A stretch of 64,000 nt of DNA from positions 45,012,001 to 45,076,000 of the forward strand of contig OZ024745.1 of NCBI GenBank assembly GCA_964016885.1, given 5' to 3'. Under the pieces are notes generated by a model. That model was not told where the DNA came from. It made no database searches and worked only from the letters and a program-made list of their open reading frames with translations. Below are positions 12,801 to 27,800 of this stretch, in pieces. The position numbers and the translations under genes were made by a program. This DNA is from Eledone cirrhosa (taxonomy: Eukaryota). How positions within the stretch are numbered: position 1 is the first letter of the stretch; every line of letters starts with the position of its first letter.

Positions 12801-15800
12801 TGTGAATTGAACAGATGTTAAAAATATAATAATAATAATTGTTTCTACTTTTTGGCACAAGGCCAGCAAATTATCCAGTGCATTACTGGTACTTTATTTT
12901 ATCGACCCCGTAAGGATGAAAGGCAAAGTTAACCTCGGCGGGATTTGAACTCAGATCATAAAGGGACGTAATAATAATGTTGGTATGTTACCTTTAAAAT
13001 TCCTTATATTTCAGGATAAAATCCCTTTATCAAAAAGATAATAGAAGAAACTATTTTAGAGATGCCATTTTTTTTTGTAAAATGCTAGTTTAAGAGCAAC
13101 AAAAAATATACAGCTCTGAACTAGTTTCTTGTATTAATCTTTCAATGAAAGTAATGTATCCTCAAATATAAACACCTATAAAGGACTACAGGATAACATC
13201 CCAATATTATTATCATACTTTTAACGTTTACTGTCCAATTGACATTGTGGTAGCCTTTAAATAAAACACTATTTTCTACATTTTACACAATGCAAACTAC
13301 AACACTCTCTTATATTTATTTGTACAAACAATTCTTCAAAAATGTAAACTCATTATTATTGGATAATAGAGGACATTACATCTATTAGTCAGACCATTAT
13401 CTGAGTTATATGGCTAAAAAAATAATTTCTCTGGTTTTTAGATCACAATATATGATAGTATATATTTATTTTGGTTCTTGTGTAATGAAGGTAAATATTG
13501 GAAAGACAAAAGTGATAGCATGTGACAAAACCCCCAGATAGGTGACCTTATGCAGTATGCAGAAGGGGGGGAGGGTTGCATTAAACTCCATTAAATGTAT
13601 AATATGTGCTAGGTGGGTACACCGAAAATGTAATGATGTGAGAGGATTATTGTGGCAGTTAGTGTAAGGTGTGTATGGAGGGAACAGCATCAGATAGAGA
13701 GGATGTCGAGCTGGATATTGAAAATAGTGTGAAGATGAAAAGTGAGAAGATATGTTGAATGGGGAAAGGTGATTCAACTCAATGACAGTAGCTAGAGTGA
13801 AATGTGCATGGAATACATTTTGAAACTACAGGGAAATGTGTTAAGAGAGCCATGATTTCTGGAAGTCAGGTATATGTGATGAAAGTGGAGCAACAGAAAA
13901 GGATCAGGGGATGAGTGGAGTATGATTTAGAGAAGATAAATAATGTATTGCAGAGGATAATGAAAATAGAGCTACTGTTGAATATTGTGATGAGAAATGG
14001 AATGAGATGGCTGAGCCATGTGTTGAGGAAGGATGTGAGTGACTGGGTGAAATGAATGTGGAAGGAAATAGAAGAGGAAAACCAAGAAAAGCATTGCCAA
14101 AAATGATATAGGAGGAAATGAAAGCCAGGTGTTTGGTGAGGGGACATGCAGAGGATAGGATAAAATGGAGAAGCTTGTTATGGGGTCGTGCATAGTTAAG
14201 CTTTGCTTTAGCAGGGAAAATGTTCTTGAAATGCTTGCTATTGTTTTTGCTTTTGGTCTTTGTGCAATGGAAAATATATTTTAAAGGAAATCTGAGATAT
14301 TTGGTATGATGTGAGTAGAAGTATCTTTAATTAGACATCTACTCTAAACACACAGTTGTACTAGACTGCCACCACTTCTTATGATGACTGTTCCAGTTGA
14401 TTGAGTAATGGAACAGACTGCTTGTGAAATGAATATGCCAGTGGCTGAACATTCCATAGATACAGGCACTCTTAACATAATTCTCAGGGAGATTCAGTAT
14501 GACATAATATATGATAAGGCTAGCCCTGTGAATTACAGGTACAGCTCATTTTTGCCAGTTGAATGGATCTGAGCAACATTATAAACGATAACATTATTAC
14601 CGCCAACAAGTGGCTATGGCACTGGGCAACTTTGAATACGTTTGTACAGTGAAAGCCAATGGCTATATTCCAGTATCGAAACATGAAATAAAATGTTTTA
14701 CTTAAGGACACAATGCACTGCTAGGAATCAAATCCATGATTTGAATATCTTGCTCATTAAGCCACACACCTTCACTCTTTAGACAAAGTATATTGATAAA
14801 GCAATGTGAGCAATCTATTAAGAAAGGCAGGATGGATGATTGGTAAAGTTATTAAAGCATCGGACAAATACTTAAGAGTATTGGTTCTGGTTCTTTATGT
14901 TTCGAGTTCAAACTCTGTTGAGATCGACTTTGCCTTTCATCCTTCTGGAGGCTGATAAATTATAATACCAGTCAAGTACTTCGGTCAATATAATCAACTT
15001 AATCCCTTCCCCCTAATTGCTGATCTTGTTCCTAAATTAGAAATCATTATTGAGATGGGGAAGACAATAGCTAGAGATGCAACAGCCAAAAGATGTTATG
15101 CGAGGTTACTAGTATATATTGGTATATTGTGTGTATACATATTTTTAGTTTATTTATGCGTGAATCATAACCTGTGTATACATACATCATTTAATCTGGT
15201 GGTTCATTGAAAAATATTCTTCTATTTCCAGAGAGCACCAAAAATTGATCTATCACACAACCAGTATTCTGAGAAATCCTTCATGTTCAATGATTATCGC
15301 CTCATTGAAGAAGTACGCAAAAACAACCCTAAAGTTTGCCAGTTTTTCAGGCTGTTGGCATTGTGCCATACTGTGATGCCTGAAATGAAAGATACTGGTT
15401 AGTAGATTAATTAAATAACTTATTTATTTACTCCTTTCATATGGGAATATATTTATTTCTTCCTAACATGTAGCACTTCATCATCACTGTCGTCATCATC
15501 ATCACCACCATCATCATCATTGTTTTTGCACTTACTTTTTCATGCTGACATCACTTGAGCAATAAATTTTGAGGCAATATTTTACAGCCAGTTACCCTTC
15601 CTAACACCCTTTCATTGCTTATGATGTGTAGGGATATTGTGTACCTATTCAAAACTGGATACCCACAGTCAACAATAAACATATTATTGGTGAATTAGTA
15701 TTTGTTGATCCCCACCTCTCTTATGAATCCTAATTTTTTGGTACTTCGTCAGAGAGGGAAGAGCAATGTTCATGACCCTTTTCAGAATCATCAAGGGTGG

Positions 15801-18800
15801 TGGGAGTGAAGAGGGAAGGTATTCTTGAACTGGTGACCTGGCCTGGACTCTTACAACAGAGCAGACTCTGCAAAAGGCACCCTACAGATCTTCATCATCA
15901 TCATCGTTACCATTTAATGTCTATTTTCCATGTTTGCATGGGTTAGATGGGCTGTTATATACTGAGGTTTGACTGGTCAGGTGATTACATCTAGCTCATA
16001 CAGATCTGTTTTTGGTTTGGTTTTCTATGGCTGGATACCCTTCCTAATGTCAACCACTTTACAGAGCAGACTGGGTGCTTTTTTCATGGCACCATGACTA
16101 CCAACCTACAGGGTATACAGAGTGCTTTTTCTTGTGGCATCAGCACTACCACTCTACAGGGGGGACTGGATGTGTTTTATTGTGACACCAGGCTTACCAC
16201 CTTACAATGTGGACTTGGTGGTTTTTATTGTAACACCAGTACGACCATCTTATGGGGTGGACTAAGTGCTTTTTTATGGCTCCATGACTACAAACTTACT
16301 GTGTAGACTGGGTGCTTTGTTTTTATGTTGTAACACCAGTACGGTTACTTACAGGATAGACTGTGTGTTTTTGTCATGCCGCCAACATGACCCTTTTACA
16401 AGCTGAACTGGACGCTCTTTTAACCTATTTACTCTGAAAAACAAAACAAAAAAGAAATGGCAATCTTTATTTTATGTAAACATTTCCTCGTATACCTCTA
16501 GTTGTATTTATATTATTTTGTAGTCTTAAGACAACTATAATTGCTTCAAATTTTATGTCTAATTTATTGTAAGGATGATGGATGGGAGAATCGATTGAAT
16601 GGTGGTAAACTACTTTGTAGTTAGTTATCTCCCTTTACACCCTCAGTACAAATCTCATGGCAGCTGATTGCCTTTCATCTTTACTGAGTCAATAAAACAC
16701 GTACTAAATAAGTCGAAACTTTTCGGCCTTGTGCCAAAGTTAGAAACCATCATCGTTGTTATAATTGGTAACAGAATTGGTAGAGCATCAGATAAAATTC
16801 TGTTGTGGTATTTGTTCTGACTTTATTACATTCTGAGTTCAAATCCTACTGAGATCAACTTTGCCTGTCATCCGTCTGATGTTGATAATATCAGGTACTA
16901 GTCAAGTACTGGGGTTGATATAATTAACTTTGCCCTTCACCCAAATTTGCTGACCATGTGTCTAAATTAGAAATCACTATACTGAACTAGTAACTGTTTA
17001 GATTTGAACCACTTCAGAATTTCTATTTCATTTCTCTTGCCATTAATGTTTGAAGTCTAATTAGACATTAACTAAGAAAATAAACAACCTTATAACTACT
17101 TCCTGATCAATAACTATATTTTTGTTGTCTAACTCACAGAGCAGCGTAATTAACCTGATCTATGATAAAAAAACCTTTCAGTTGTGTTCGTTTTGGTTTT
17201 TCTAGGTGTAGTGTATTTTGAACTACCTTATCTAATGCGTCTGTTTTTTTTTTCTAATTAAGTAGGGAGTAATTTAAAAGAAATAGGTTGCTATTTCTAG
17301 CAGGTCAAATGACTGTATTAAGGCTTCATGTTACTCCATGCAAGAGAAACATCTCTAAAGGAATCATACACGATTGAAAAATTATTACTCTTTAAAGTAT
17401 ATAAGGAAATTATCAAAAATATATAATTAAGAAATGTTTTAGCTGGGCCAGTATATATTATGGACACAACTAATTCTAAATCCCATTCTATTACTAAGGA
17501 GTACCTGAACTCATAACATCCTGTAATGATTTAGTAGAAAATACCTAAAAATAGGTTTGTTAATTCAAATGTTACATTTGTAGTTAACGAAATACTTAAA
17601 TTTTTAATGTGATGCAGTTATAGCACTCTTTTATAATTTTTAAGACTATAATGCAGTTTCATATAGTACAGGATGTTATCAGTTAAGACATCAATCATCA
17701 CTGATTCTTTTTTTTCATTGTCATCATTGCCTTAATATTTAATATTAGTTCCCATTAAAATTTCAATACTCTTCAGTTCCATTTCACAGTCATCTTGGAT
17801 AAATACAAAAAAGCAGAATTTCAACAACATTTTTGACATTTTTTTGTAAACATTTATGTTTATTGTCGTCATTTTTGAAACACTATATCTTTCTTAATTT
17901 TATTGCCTTTTCTTTATTTTACTCTGGAGGCCCCATACCAAACACCTGTTTCTAATCCTTACGATCATAATATTGTGGGTTGGATTATTGGACTGGGTTG
18001 CATGTTATGTTCTTGAGCAAAACACTTCATTTCATGTTGCTCCAGTACACTCAGATGAAAATGAGTACCAGCTGGGAGTTAACCCTGTGATAGACTGACG
18101 TCCTGTTCAGAGGTGGGGAGTCTTGTACTCTCAGTTGCTTCATGCCATAGAAACTGGGATAAACATTGGCCTAATGAGATTCCAGGCTTGAGACATGCTT
18201 CAGCCCATTTTTATTTGTAATTCAAATAAATCGTAAACACTATACCTTATATTGTCCAGAATAATCTAAAACATCTGTTGAATCAGCCTCTCTTCAGTCT
18301 AAGGTAGGTAGGCACAGGCAACCTTTTTTAGACTGAGCCACACTACTAAAAAATTCAAGGCAATTTTGAAATTAAGTGTGCCATTTAGAAAGCCAAACAG
18401 ACTACATAGGCCCACAGTCTGCAGTTTGCCCATGACTGGTCTACATCTTTATGATATTCAGCTGTAATATTTTTTAAACTTATATTTATAAAATTTCACT
18501 TTGACAGGTTTGGAGTATCAAGCCCAATCTCCAGATGAGAATGCTCTTGTATCTGCTGCACGAAATTTTGGTTTTGTATTCAAGGTAAAGGTTTTCATTT
18601 CAAAGTGAAGAGGTATTAAAAATGTATGAAGATAAAATTTGACAGTAACATAGAAAGTAGCTTTTCCAGGGGCTTATATACCCAACTTAGACTATTTACA
18701 TAGTAATAAACATGTAAAAAACATGAAGCTTTTAACTTCAAGTTAAATTCAATAAATTCACATCCACTCAATGGTTCTAAAAATAGATAATAGAATGTAG

Positions 18801-18829
18801 CATTTGAATATTGCCACAACCACCATTAT

Positions 18830-18866
<37 letters not shown>

Positions 18867-21800
18867 GCCACCACAACATTATAATGGTGAACTATTATTA
18901 TGGACATTTGCATTGGGATGTACACATTTCAAATTTTTCTAATGCTTCTTAAGTCAATTACTTTGTTTACACTTTTAGCTACAGAATTAAAATTTACATG
19001 TGTGTGTCTCACTGTTAATGACCATAATAATAGTTGAGAAAATTAGGTAAAGTACCCCTGGAGATGGAAGAAAGTAGATAAAGATGTCTATGAGACACAC
19101 ATTTCAATTTTCCCAATGCTTCTCACATCAACACTTTGTATAAATTTCTAGCCACAGGCTTCAAATCTTCTAAAAAGATAGAATTGGTGGCCAGTGGCTC
19201 TTTAGTGTAGTGGTGAATGTACTTGCCTGGTATCTGAAAGTCGCAGGGTTCAATTCCACACAGGTGCCTCTCTCCATTTTCTTTTGTTTCCAGGGGTTAC
19301 TTTACCTGATTTTCTTAACTATTATTTACAGTGATTGACTTTTATCATGGTCATTAGGGTGCACAAATTTCAAATTTTAATAGATGCTTCTTAAGCCAAT
19401 CGCTTTGTTTACATTTCAAATATAATATTATTTTATGATTTATTGAGGCTTTTTGAATGATTTGAAGTTTGAAATGATGAGATCCAAATACAGAATCAAT
19501 TCAATGATAATAGCATTAAAAAAGACAGAAAATAAGTGACCAGTCACTACAGAGAATTGAATTTCAAAGGTGCATATATATAGTACATAGAATAATATAC
19601 AAATGTCAGGGAAGTGAATAGTGTATGAGTCATGATATACATGTGTGTATGTGTATGGAGGGGGAACATTAGGTGTAGTGTTGGCGATCTCAGGAAGCAT
19701 GGAGGCCTTAAAGCATGCAGTGTTTCGACAGTTAACAACTGATGCAGGTAGTTTGTTCCATGCTTCAGCAACTCTGAGTGTGAAAAAATGTTTCCGAAAG
19801 TCATGGGAACTGTGCTGTTTTCTGACTTTGTAGACATGCCCACATGTTTTAGACATGGAGATCAAAAAGGTACTCAGAGTTGTTGTTGGCAAGATGGTTA
19901 ATAATTTTGTGGGTGTTTACCAAGTCAGTTGCCAGACGTCGGAGCTTCAATGTATCCATGCCCAGGGAAGCAAGGCACTCAGAGTATGGTAGATGCCTGA
20001 TGGAGGGTATTCGCTTGGTTACCTTTTCACTAAATTTGGCTGACAACTGTCCAAATTAAGAACTTTATGTATATTATTTATAGAACTTTATATATATATT
20101 ATCATTGCAGCGATTCCAAGTTTGGATATTAACATTTCAAATATATATTATTTGTTATCTAGAAGTAAAAAAAATCAGAATTTAATATAAATATTTGCTG
20201 ACATTCTGTTTGTCTCTGATTTCTGAGTTTCTTAATTTTTGTTGTACTAGTTTAAAACAAAATTACTTTTACATTTCAGTCTCGTACTCCAAACACTATT
20301 ACTATTGAAGTGAATGGTGTCGAGGAAACCTATGAACTGCTGTGTATCCTAGATTTCAACAACGTTAGAAAACGAATGTCTGTAAGTCACCACGGAATTA
20401 TTTATAATATTAATTTTTTACTTTAATTGTAACAAGGTGCCCCCTCCCTAGTGTCTCTTCACCACCACCCCATCCTACTGATCACTACCTTATTACCTCT
20501 AACCATTATAGATTCTTAAGCCTGCAATAAACTATAAAGAAGTTGCCTCCCCTTTTCACTGCTACAGTCCTATACAGATATAAGTGTGACAGACAGACAG
20601 ATGAAGAAACAGCTCTTATTTTATGATAATGACGACTGTGAGGTCATTCAGATGGAATATGTATTGATATCCACAGTAAATTGCATATACTAGAAGTATC
20701 TATACATTCCCATGGGAACAAGCCGCAGCTGAAGCATATAGACAATATGCCCCACCCCCTCCCACTGCAAAGTGGTCGTGGAGGTGTCACATCAAAAAAG
20801 CACCCAAACCACACTGTAAAGTGGACATGTAGGTGCCACGGAAAAATAGCACCAAGCACTCACTGTAAATGAGGTTGGTGTTAAGAAGGGCATTCAGCTG
20901 TAGAAATCAAGCCAAAATCAGTTCCTATGAGCAAGACAAGGTCAGTCGACCTAACATTGCCCACAACAGGACAACCTGTCTAATCCATGCTAGCGTGGAA
21001 GAATTGATGTAAAGCGGTGATGATGATGATGATGATTTCTATGTATAATGGTGTGCATATATAAAAATGGAAAGGAACTGATCATCATATGAGATATAGG
21101 AAACTATCCTTCTATTAATCTTTCCATTGGTGATACAAGTCTTGGCAGAAACATCAACAGTTTTCTGGTGACAGAATTTGAACTCAGAACATATAGAGTC
21201 AGATGAGATACTACAAAGCATCTTGTCTGACTTATTAACAATTTGGCCAATCCATACCCTCCCTCTGAACTGGTATTTAGTTTATCAACCCTGAAAGGAT
21301 GAAGGGCAAAGGTGTATTCAGAGTGTAGAGAGCAGGAAGAAATATTGAGGCAATTAATCCAGCACATTAATGGTACTTTATTTTATAGACCCTGTAAGGA
21401 TGAAAAAGTTAACCTTGGTGAGATTTGAACACAGAATATAAAGGGATGTAACTTTACACTATAAAGCATCATCCAATTCTCTACTGATACTCCCCAAAAT
21501 ACTGTTAAAATTATAATAATTGTAAAGAATCAGCAGAATGTAATTAAGAAATATTAAACACCCTTGTAAAATAATTTCTACTTTGATATCTTTACAATAA
21601 ACATAAAAAACCAAGACCAATAGTCTGCTTTCTCACTGATACTATATTTCTTCTGTACAGGTGATAGTTCAGAAAGATGATGTTATACAACTGCTTTGTA
21701 AAGGTGCTGACACATTGGTATTTACATTGCTCTCTCCAGAATCAAACTATCTTAAAGAACTGACTGTAGAACATTTAAATGTAAGTTGATTGTTGAAGTG

Positions 21801-24800
21801 AGAATCATTATTCTTTATCATGTTCATGTACAACCAATATAATCATGTGCAGTTTTATGTATACTTTTTGTTGTTGTCCACATCATATTGTATCTGTTTA
21901 TATAACTTTTTTGTAGCAATTTGCCCAAGACGGGTTGCGAACATTGTGCCTTGCTGCAAAAGAAATTGAGCCTCAAGTTTATGCTGACTGGAAGAAGCGA
22001 CATCATGAAGCCAGGTATTTAGACTCATAAACTTTTATTATGAGAAATATATGTAGGGCGGTGGATTGGCAGTATCGGTGGAGGGTCGGACGCCATGCTT
22101 TCCAGCATAGTTACGTCCCTTTACGATCTGAGTTCAAATCCCGCTGAGGTTGACTTTGCCTTTCATCCTTACGGGGTCGATAAAATAAAGTACCAGTAAT
22201 GCACTGGGTAATTGCTGGCCTTGTGCCTAAAGTAGAAACAATTATGAGAAATATATGTAAATAAGTTTACAGAGTAGCAAGTCTGAAGTAGAGATTGAAC
22301 TATTAAATCAGGTTTACACAACTTCAAAAGTGGGTCCTGTCAGAAGCAACCATCTCCAACTGATCTGGCTGGATCCCTAAGTGAGACCAGCCAAGCTCAT
22401 GGATGTCATCATCCAATCATTTTGCTTGGGGTCTACTCCTAGATCTCTTGCCGGTTAGTTTTCTCCATAAAATCTTTCCAGCAATTCTTTCTGGAGACAT
22501 TCTAACCACATGCCTATAGTATTGGAGCTGTGATCTTTCAGTTCAGAGAAGTAGCAGCTCTATCTGGAGTGACTTTCTGATCTCTATCGAGTAATGTTAT
22601 GCTGAAGACCCTTCAGAGGAACCACATTTTGACATGTATTCGCGATTATATTCTTTTGGTCATTACCCAAGATTTATGACCACAGGTAAGGATTGGCACG
22701 AATACTGAATTGAAGATAGCGAGTTTGGCTTTTATGCCTCCTTCCCTTCTTCTGATTACTGAATGCTGAAGCTGCCTCATTACTGCACCAGCTCCTGCAA
22801 TTCTTGCACTTAATTCAGCCTCCTGCATGGCCCTGAGATACTTGAACTTCTCTACAAGTGTCTCAGTTTTTGCAGCACTGATTTTCATTCCAGTCAGGCA
22901 GCACTCGGAGATCACCCCCTGTTGAGTTAAGTAACATCATGTTATCTGAAAATTCCAGCCGAATGATTTTACACCCACCAGTCATAAGCGGCCTTGCCCC
23001 ATTTGAGAGCTGTTCTGCTAGAGAACAGGTCGCAGGTGGTGGATAGTGATATGGCCACCAGATATGATGGCTAGTTGTGATATAAGTGGACAAATGCCGA
23101 ATGAATAAATAGCCCCAGACTAACAGTGGTAAACTACTAGGGGAAATGGAGCAATGGGTGACACCTGTAACTCCCAAGAAAATTCTTACAACCCAGTGCT
23201 ACAGTGTGGCGAATAAAGGCCGCCTCTAAAAAAGCCTAGTCTTTGTGGGTTTGACAGATTGGTGACTGCTGATAATAAAACCACTGCAATATGATGGGGA
23301 AAACAAAAAAAAAGAACCATACCATTGCACGGGTTACTTTGTTCTTATATATATAACAAATAAATACAACTCCTTACTGTATTTTTTAATACTTAGTTCT
23401 TTTTAGTTTCCATGCTACAATGTTAGTTTGATGATTTTGAATTCATGTCATTGGAAAATATGCTGCATAACATAACATAAATATGAACTTAACTATCTCT
23501 GCATGCGTTTAATTTTGTTGACTGTATTTGTATAATTGGTAGTATTTTAATGGAGAATCGTGATACTAAATTGGACGAGCTATTTGAAGAAATTGAGAAA
23601 AATCTCATACTACTTGGTGCTACAGCCATTGAAGACAAACTCCAGGATGGCGTACCAGAAGCAATAGCCAACTTGGCATTAGCAGGGATCAAAATCTGGG
23701 TACTAACTGGAGATAAACAAGGTAAATTATACAATGCTTAAATTTTGAAATATGTATGTGTAATTGTAAGGATTTAAAATATTGTGCCAAAATCATGACA
23801 ACCTCCCAAGTATTGGTAATTTACATGATAAATGCACCCACTACACCCTGTAGAATGGTTAGTGATAGGAAAGTCATCCAGCTATAGAAATCCTGCCAAA
23901 CAGAGGGTTGGGAGGACTCTTTAGCTGTGCCCAAAACATGACAATCTTCCTAGTCAGTTACAAGATTAACATACTGAATAATTCTGTAAAATGCTTAATG
24001 ATAGGTAGGGCATCAAGCCATAAAAAACCTACCTCTCTAGCATTGGTAATTTATATGATAAACACACCCAGTACACTCTGTAAAGCAGTTAGTGGTAAGA
24101 AGAGTTTTTAACTGTAGAAAACATGCCAAACAAAAAGTTGGAAGGACTCTTCATCTGTGTTAAGTAGTGTTGGTATGATGATAAAATGCATTTATTAGAG
24201 TGCAGCAGTGTAAGTGAGATGCAGACTCCTGGGCGACCATGGGGTCAGTATATCTGCTTTGAGTACCAACCCAGTCTGCTCTTATTAAAACTTTTTAATT
24301 TTGATTTTTTTTTTAACAATATGCTGTTTTTTCTTCTGTCATTCCAGAGACTGCAATAAATATTGGTTATTCCTGCAAGTTACTCACAGATGAAATGGAA
24401 GAAATATTTATCGTTGATGGAGAAGAGTATGATGAGGTCCAAGATCAACTGCAGAGATCTCTCCAGCAGATCAATAACTATTGTCATGGCAGTAGCTGTT
24501 TTGGAAATGGTAATGTGTATGAGGATAGTGATGGTGCTACTTTTGGAAAAGAAATGGAGGTTAACCAATATGCTTTGGTTATTAGCGGTCACAGTTTGGT
24601 AAGTATTATTTAATGTTTGTAATTACTATTTTAGATTAACTCTTAACGTCCTGTACCACATGAAACTACATCAGCAAGACATTAAAAACATGTCTTTATC
24701 TCTAATACTGTAAATTTTCACATTTTTTGTCCACTGGTAAAGGTACTATAAACATTTGAAGTAACAAATCTGTTTAGTATTTTCAACTAAATTGTTATAG

Positions 24801-27800
24801 AATGTTAAGAGTTAATATATTAAAAATCTTTCATAATAATTATAATTTATGATTTAACTCTTTAGATACCAACCTTCCCGAAATCACTCCTGGTTCTATG
24901 ATAAATAGCTTACCAATTTAAAATATTCATAATTAAATTAAAACATTCCAACATCATTTTATGTAAGAAAGTTTTACCAGTTATGTTCTAAGCTTAAGTT
25001 TAATAATGAATTAGTTATATTAAATTCTCCAAATATTTTATTTATTTTCCATATTAACATAAACAGATAGACACTGTACTTCATTAGAAATACGGTAAGA
25101 AAAGGGTTTATTGTTAGACTATCAGTTATCAAAATAGATAATTTAGCCTGACTTTAATTATTTCATGTTTTATTTTAGATTCATGCTCTTGAGAAAAGCA
25201 TGGAATCACTACTTTTGGAAGTTGGCTGTCTCTGCAAGGCTGTGATATGCTGTCGCGTAACACCACTCCAGAAGGCCCGTGTTGTTGATTTGGTGAAGCG
25301 CAACAAAAAGTCTGTTACTCTAGCAATCGGAGATGGTGCTAATGACGTTAGTATGATTAAAAGTAAGTCGGTTATTATATATCCTTGATTTATTACTTCA
25401 CAATTTACAATGGATTTCAAATATGTTCTTATTTTAACCTGTTGACTGCCAGGTTTTGTTTTCAGTAAAATGACTATTTTTTAAAACAAACATTTATTAA
25501 CAACACATATCAGAATGATTGACAAACATCACATCAATAAACTAGTAACCCCACATAGCTTTGAAGTTATGAACTTTTGGAAATGAGTTAAAACATTTTA
25601 GGATGAGTTATCTCGTCTGTGGCACTGGAATGCATACTTGTTAAGACGAGTTATCTCGTCTACAGCACTGAAGAGGTTGAATTATTGGACGTGGCATTGA
25701 CAAAGATGTTAGAGCATAGGACAACTGATTAGCAGTATTTGTTCTGGCTCTTTATATTCTGAGTTCAAATCCCACTGAGGTCAACTTTGCTTTTCATCCT
25801 GTTGGAGCTGATCAAATAAAGTAGCAGTAAAAAACATGGGTCAATATAATCAACTTTCCTCTTTCCCAAAATTGTTGGCCTTGTGCATAAATTAGAAATC
25901 TTTATTTTAACTTACTAAGAGCAGGGTATTAGCAGAATCAGTAGAGCATCAGACAATATGTCTTATAGTAATTAGTTACTGCCATTTACATTCTGAGTTC
26001 AATCTCCTCCCAGGGCAACTTTGCCTTTCAACCTTCCATGGTTGATAAAATAATGTATCTGCCATCTACTGGAGTCGATACAGTCAACTTTTCTCTTGTT
26101 ACAAATTGTTGGTCTTGTGCCTAAATTAGAAATCCTCATCATTTAAATTATCAAGGGCAATAGATTGACAGAATTGTTAGAATGTGAAACAAAACACTTT
26201 GTGGTATAGTTCTTTAAGTTCTCAGTTCAAATTCCATTGTATTCAATTTTGCCTTTCATTATTCCGAGGTCAATAAAATAAAGTACCAGTCATGAACTGA
26301 GATAAATTTAATCGACTAACTTCTCCCCTCAAATTTCTGGTTTCGTACCTAATTAAGAAATGGTTATTTAAAGTTATTTTGTAAATATCTAAATTGGTAC
26401 TGAATATATGTATTTGCTTGAAATTGAAATACTTTAGTAATTTGGGCATTTTCATTAATTTTATAACCTTTGAAGTGACTATTGAAGTCAGTCCTGCTGT
26501 ATGGGTGTACTTCATGGGCATTAATTAAGCAACTTGAGAAGAAACTTGATGGAACTTACAAAAGAATAATCAGTGTGGCTTTAAACATATCCTAGAAGCA
26601 GCACCCTATAAAAAAGCAGCTTAGTGGTCATCTACCTGCAATCTCTCATACCATCTGAGGGAGATGAGCGAAATTTGCAGGACACTGCTGAAGAGCAAAG
26701 GATAAAATTGTCAGTGATGTGTTATGTGCACCAAAGCATGGGCATTCCAATGTGGGCAGACATCACTGAACCTACATCAAACAACTGTGAGGATGCTGAG
26801 TGTAATCTGGAGGTCCTTGTGGTCCATGCAACTATCATGCCAAGATAATTATGAAATTTCATTAATACCCAAGTTCAATGTATTTATAACTATGGAAATG
26901 ATGTTTTATAAGTCAAAACCAACTTAGATGCATTTGATAAAAAAGAAATGTGTTAATATCTAATGTTGAAATATTCTGGTCTCTACAATTTCTTGATAAA
27001 GCTGGCAACACCAGTTCATTTCTAGGTCTGAAATTCAGTATTGTTATACCTCTTATAGCTACTAATCTCATAATATCTATATTTGTAGTGGCCCATATTG
27101 GTGTTGGAATCAGTGGACAGGAAGGAATGCAGGCTGTACTTGCAAGTGACTATGCCTTATCACAGTTCCGATATTTAGAACGCCTACTTCTTGTTCACGG
27201 CCGATGGTCTTATTTACGGATGTGCAAATTCTTGAAATATTTTTTCTACAAGAATTTTGCCTTCACATTGTGTCACTTCTGGTATGCATTTTTCTGTGGA
27301 TTTTCAGCTCAGGTAAGTTGTTAGAACATATGTTGTTTTGTAATTAACTAGCATTTAGTGATGATATCATCAAGATTACATCTACAAGTGCAAGCATGGT
27401 AACGTGGTTATGAAGTTTGCTTTGTAACCACATGGTTTGGGTTCAATCCCATTGCATGGCATCCTTGGCAAGTGTCTTTCTTCTACTGTAGCATTGGGCT
27501 GACTATATTGCCTTGTGAGTGAAATTGGTGGATAGAAACTACACAGAAGCCTGTTGCATACAAACACACACATACACACACATACGCACACTTGTGGACA
27601 AATATGAATACATGTTTTCATATTGATTGGTACTGCTTGGGCAGCCAGTGCTGTTTCTTTATGTCCTGCATAAACAACATGTCCCAAAACTTATGAGTTC
27701 ATCATGTGAAGTTCAGTGGAATAACACTTTTACTTGAAAAAAAGACGCCCCCCCGCCCCCCCAAAAAAACAAAAAAAAAACAAAAAAAACAAACAAACAA

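Noticed and set aside
19195-19270. tRNA-like sequence (also near 28870, 57985, 60210, 60588)
   Set aside because: A/B boxes are present but the cloverleaf stems are broken; these are repeat heads, not tRNA genes
19440-19892. 150 aa minus-strand ORF as a nested gene
   Set aside because: CR1-like RT C-terminal remnant reading into its 3' UTR
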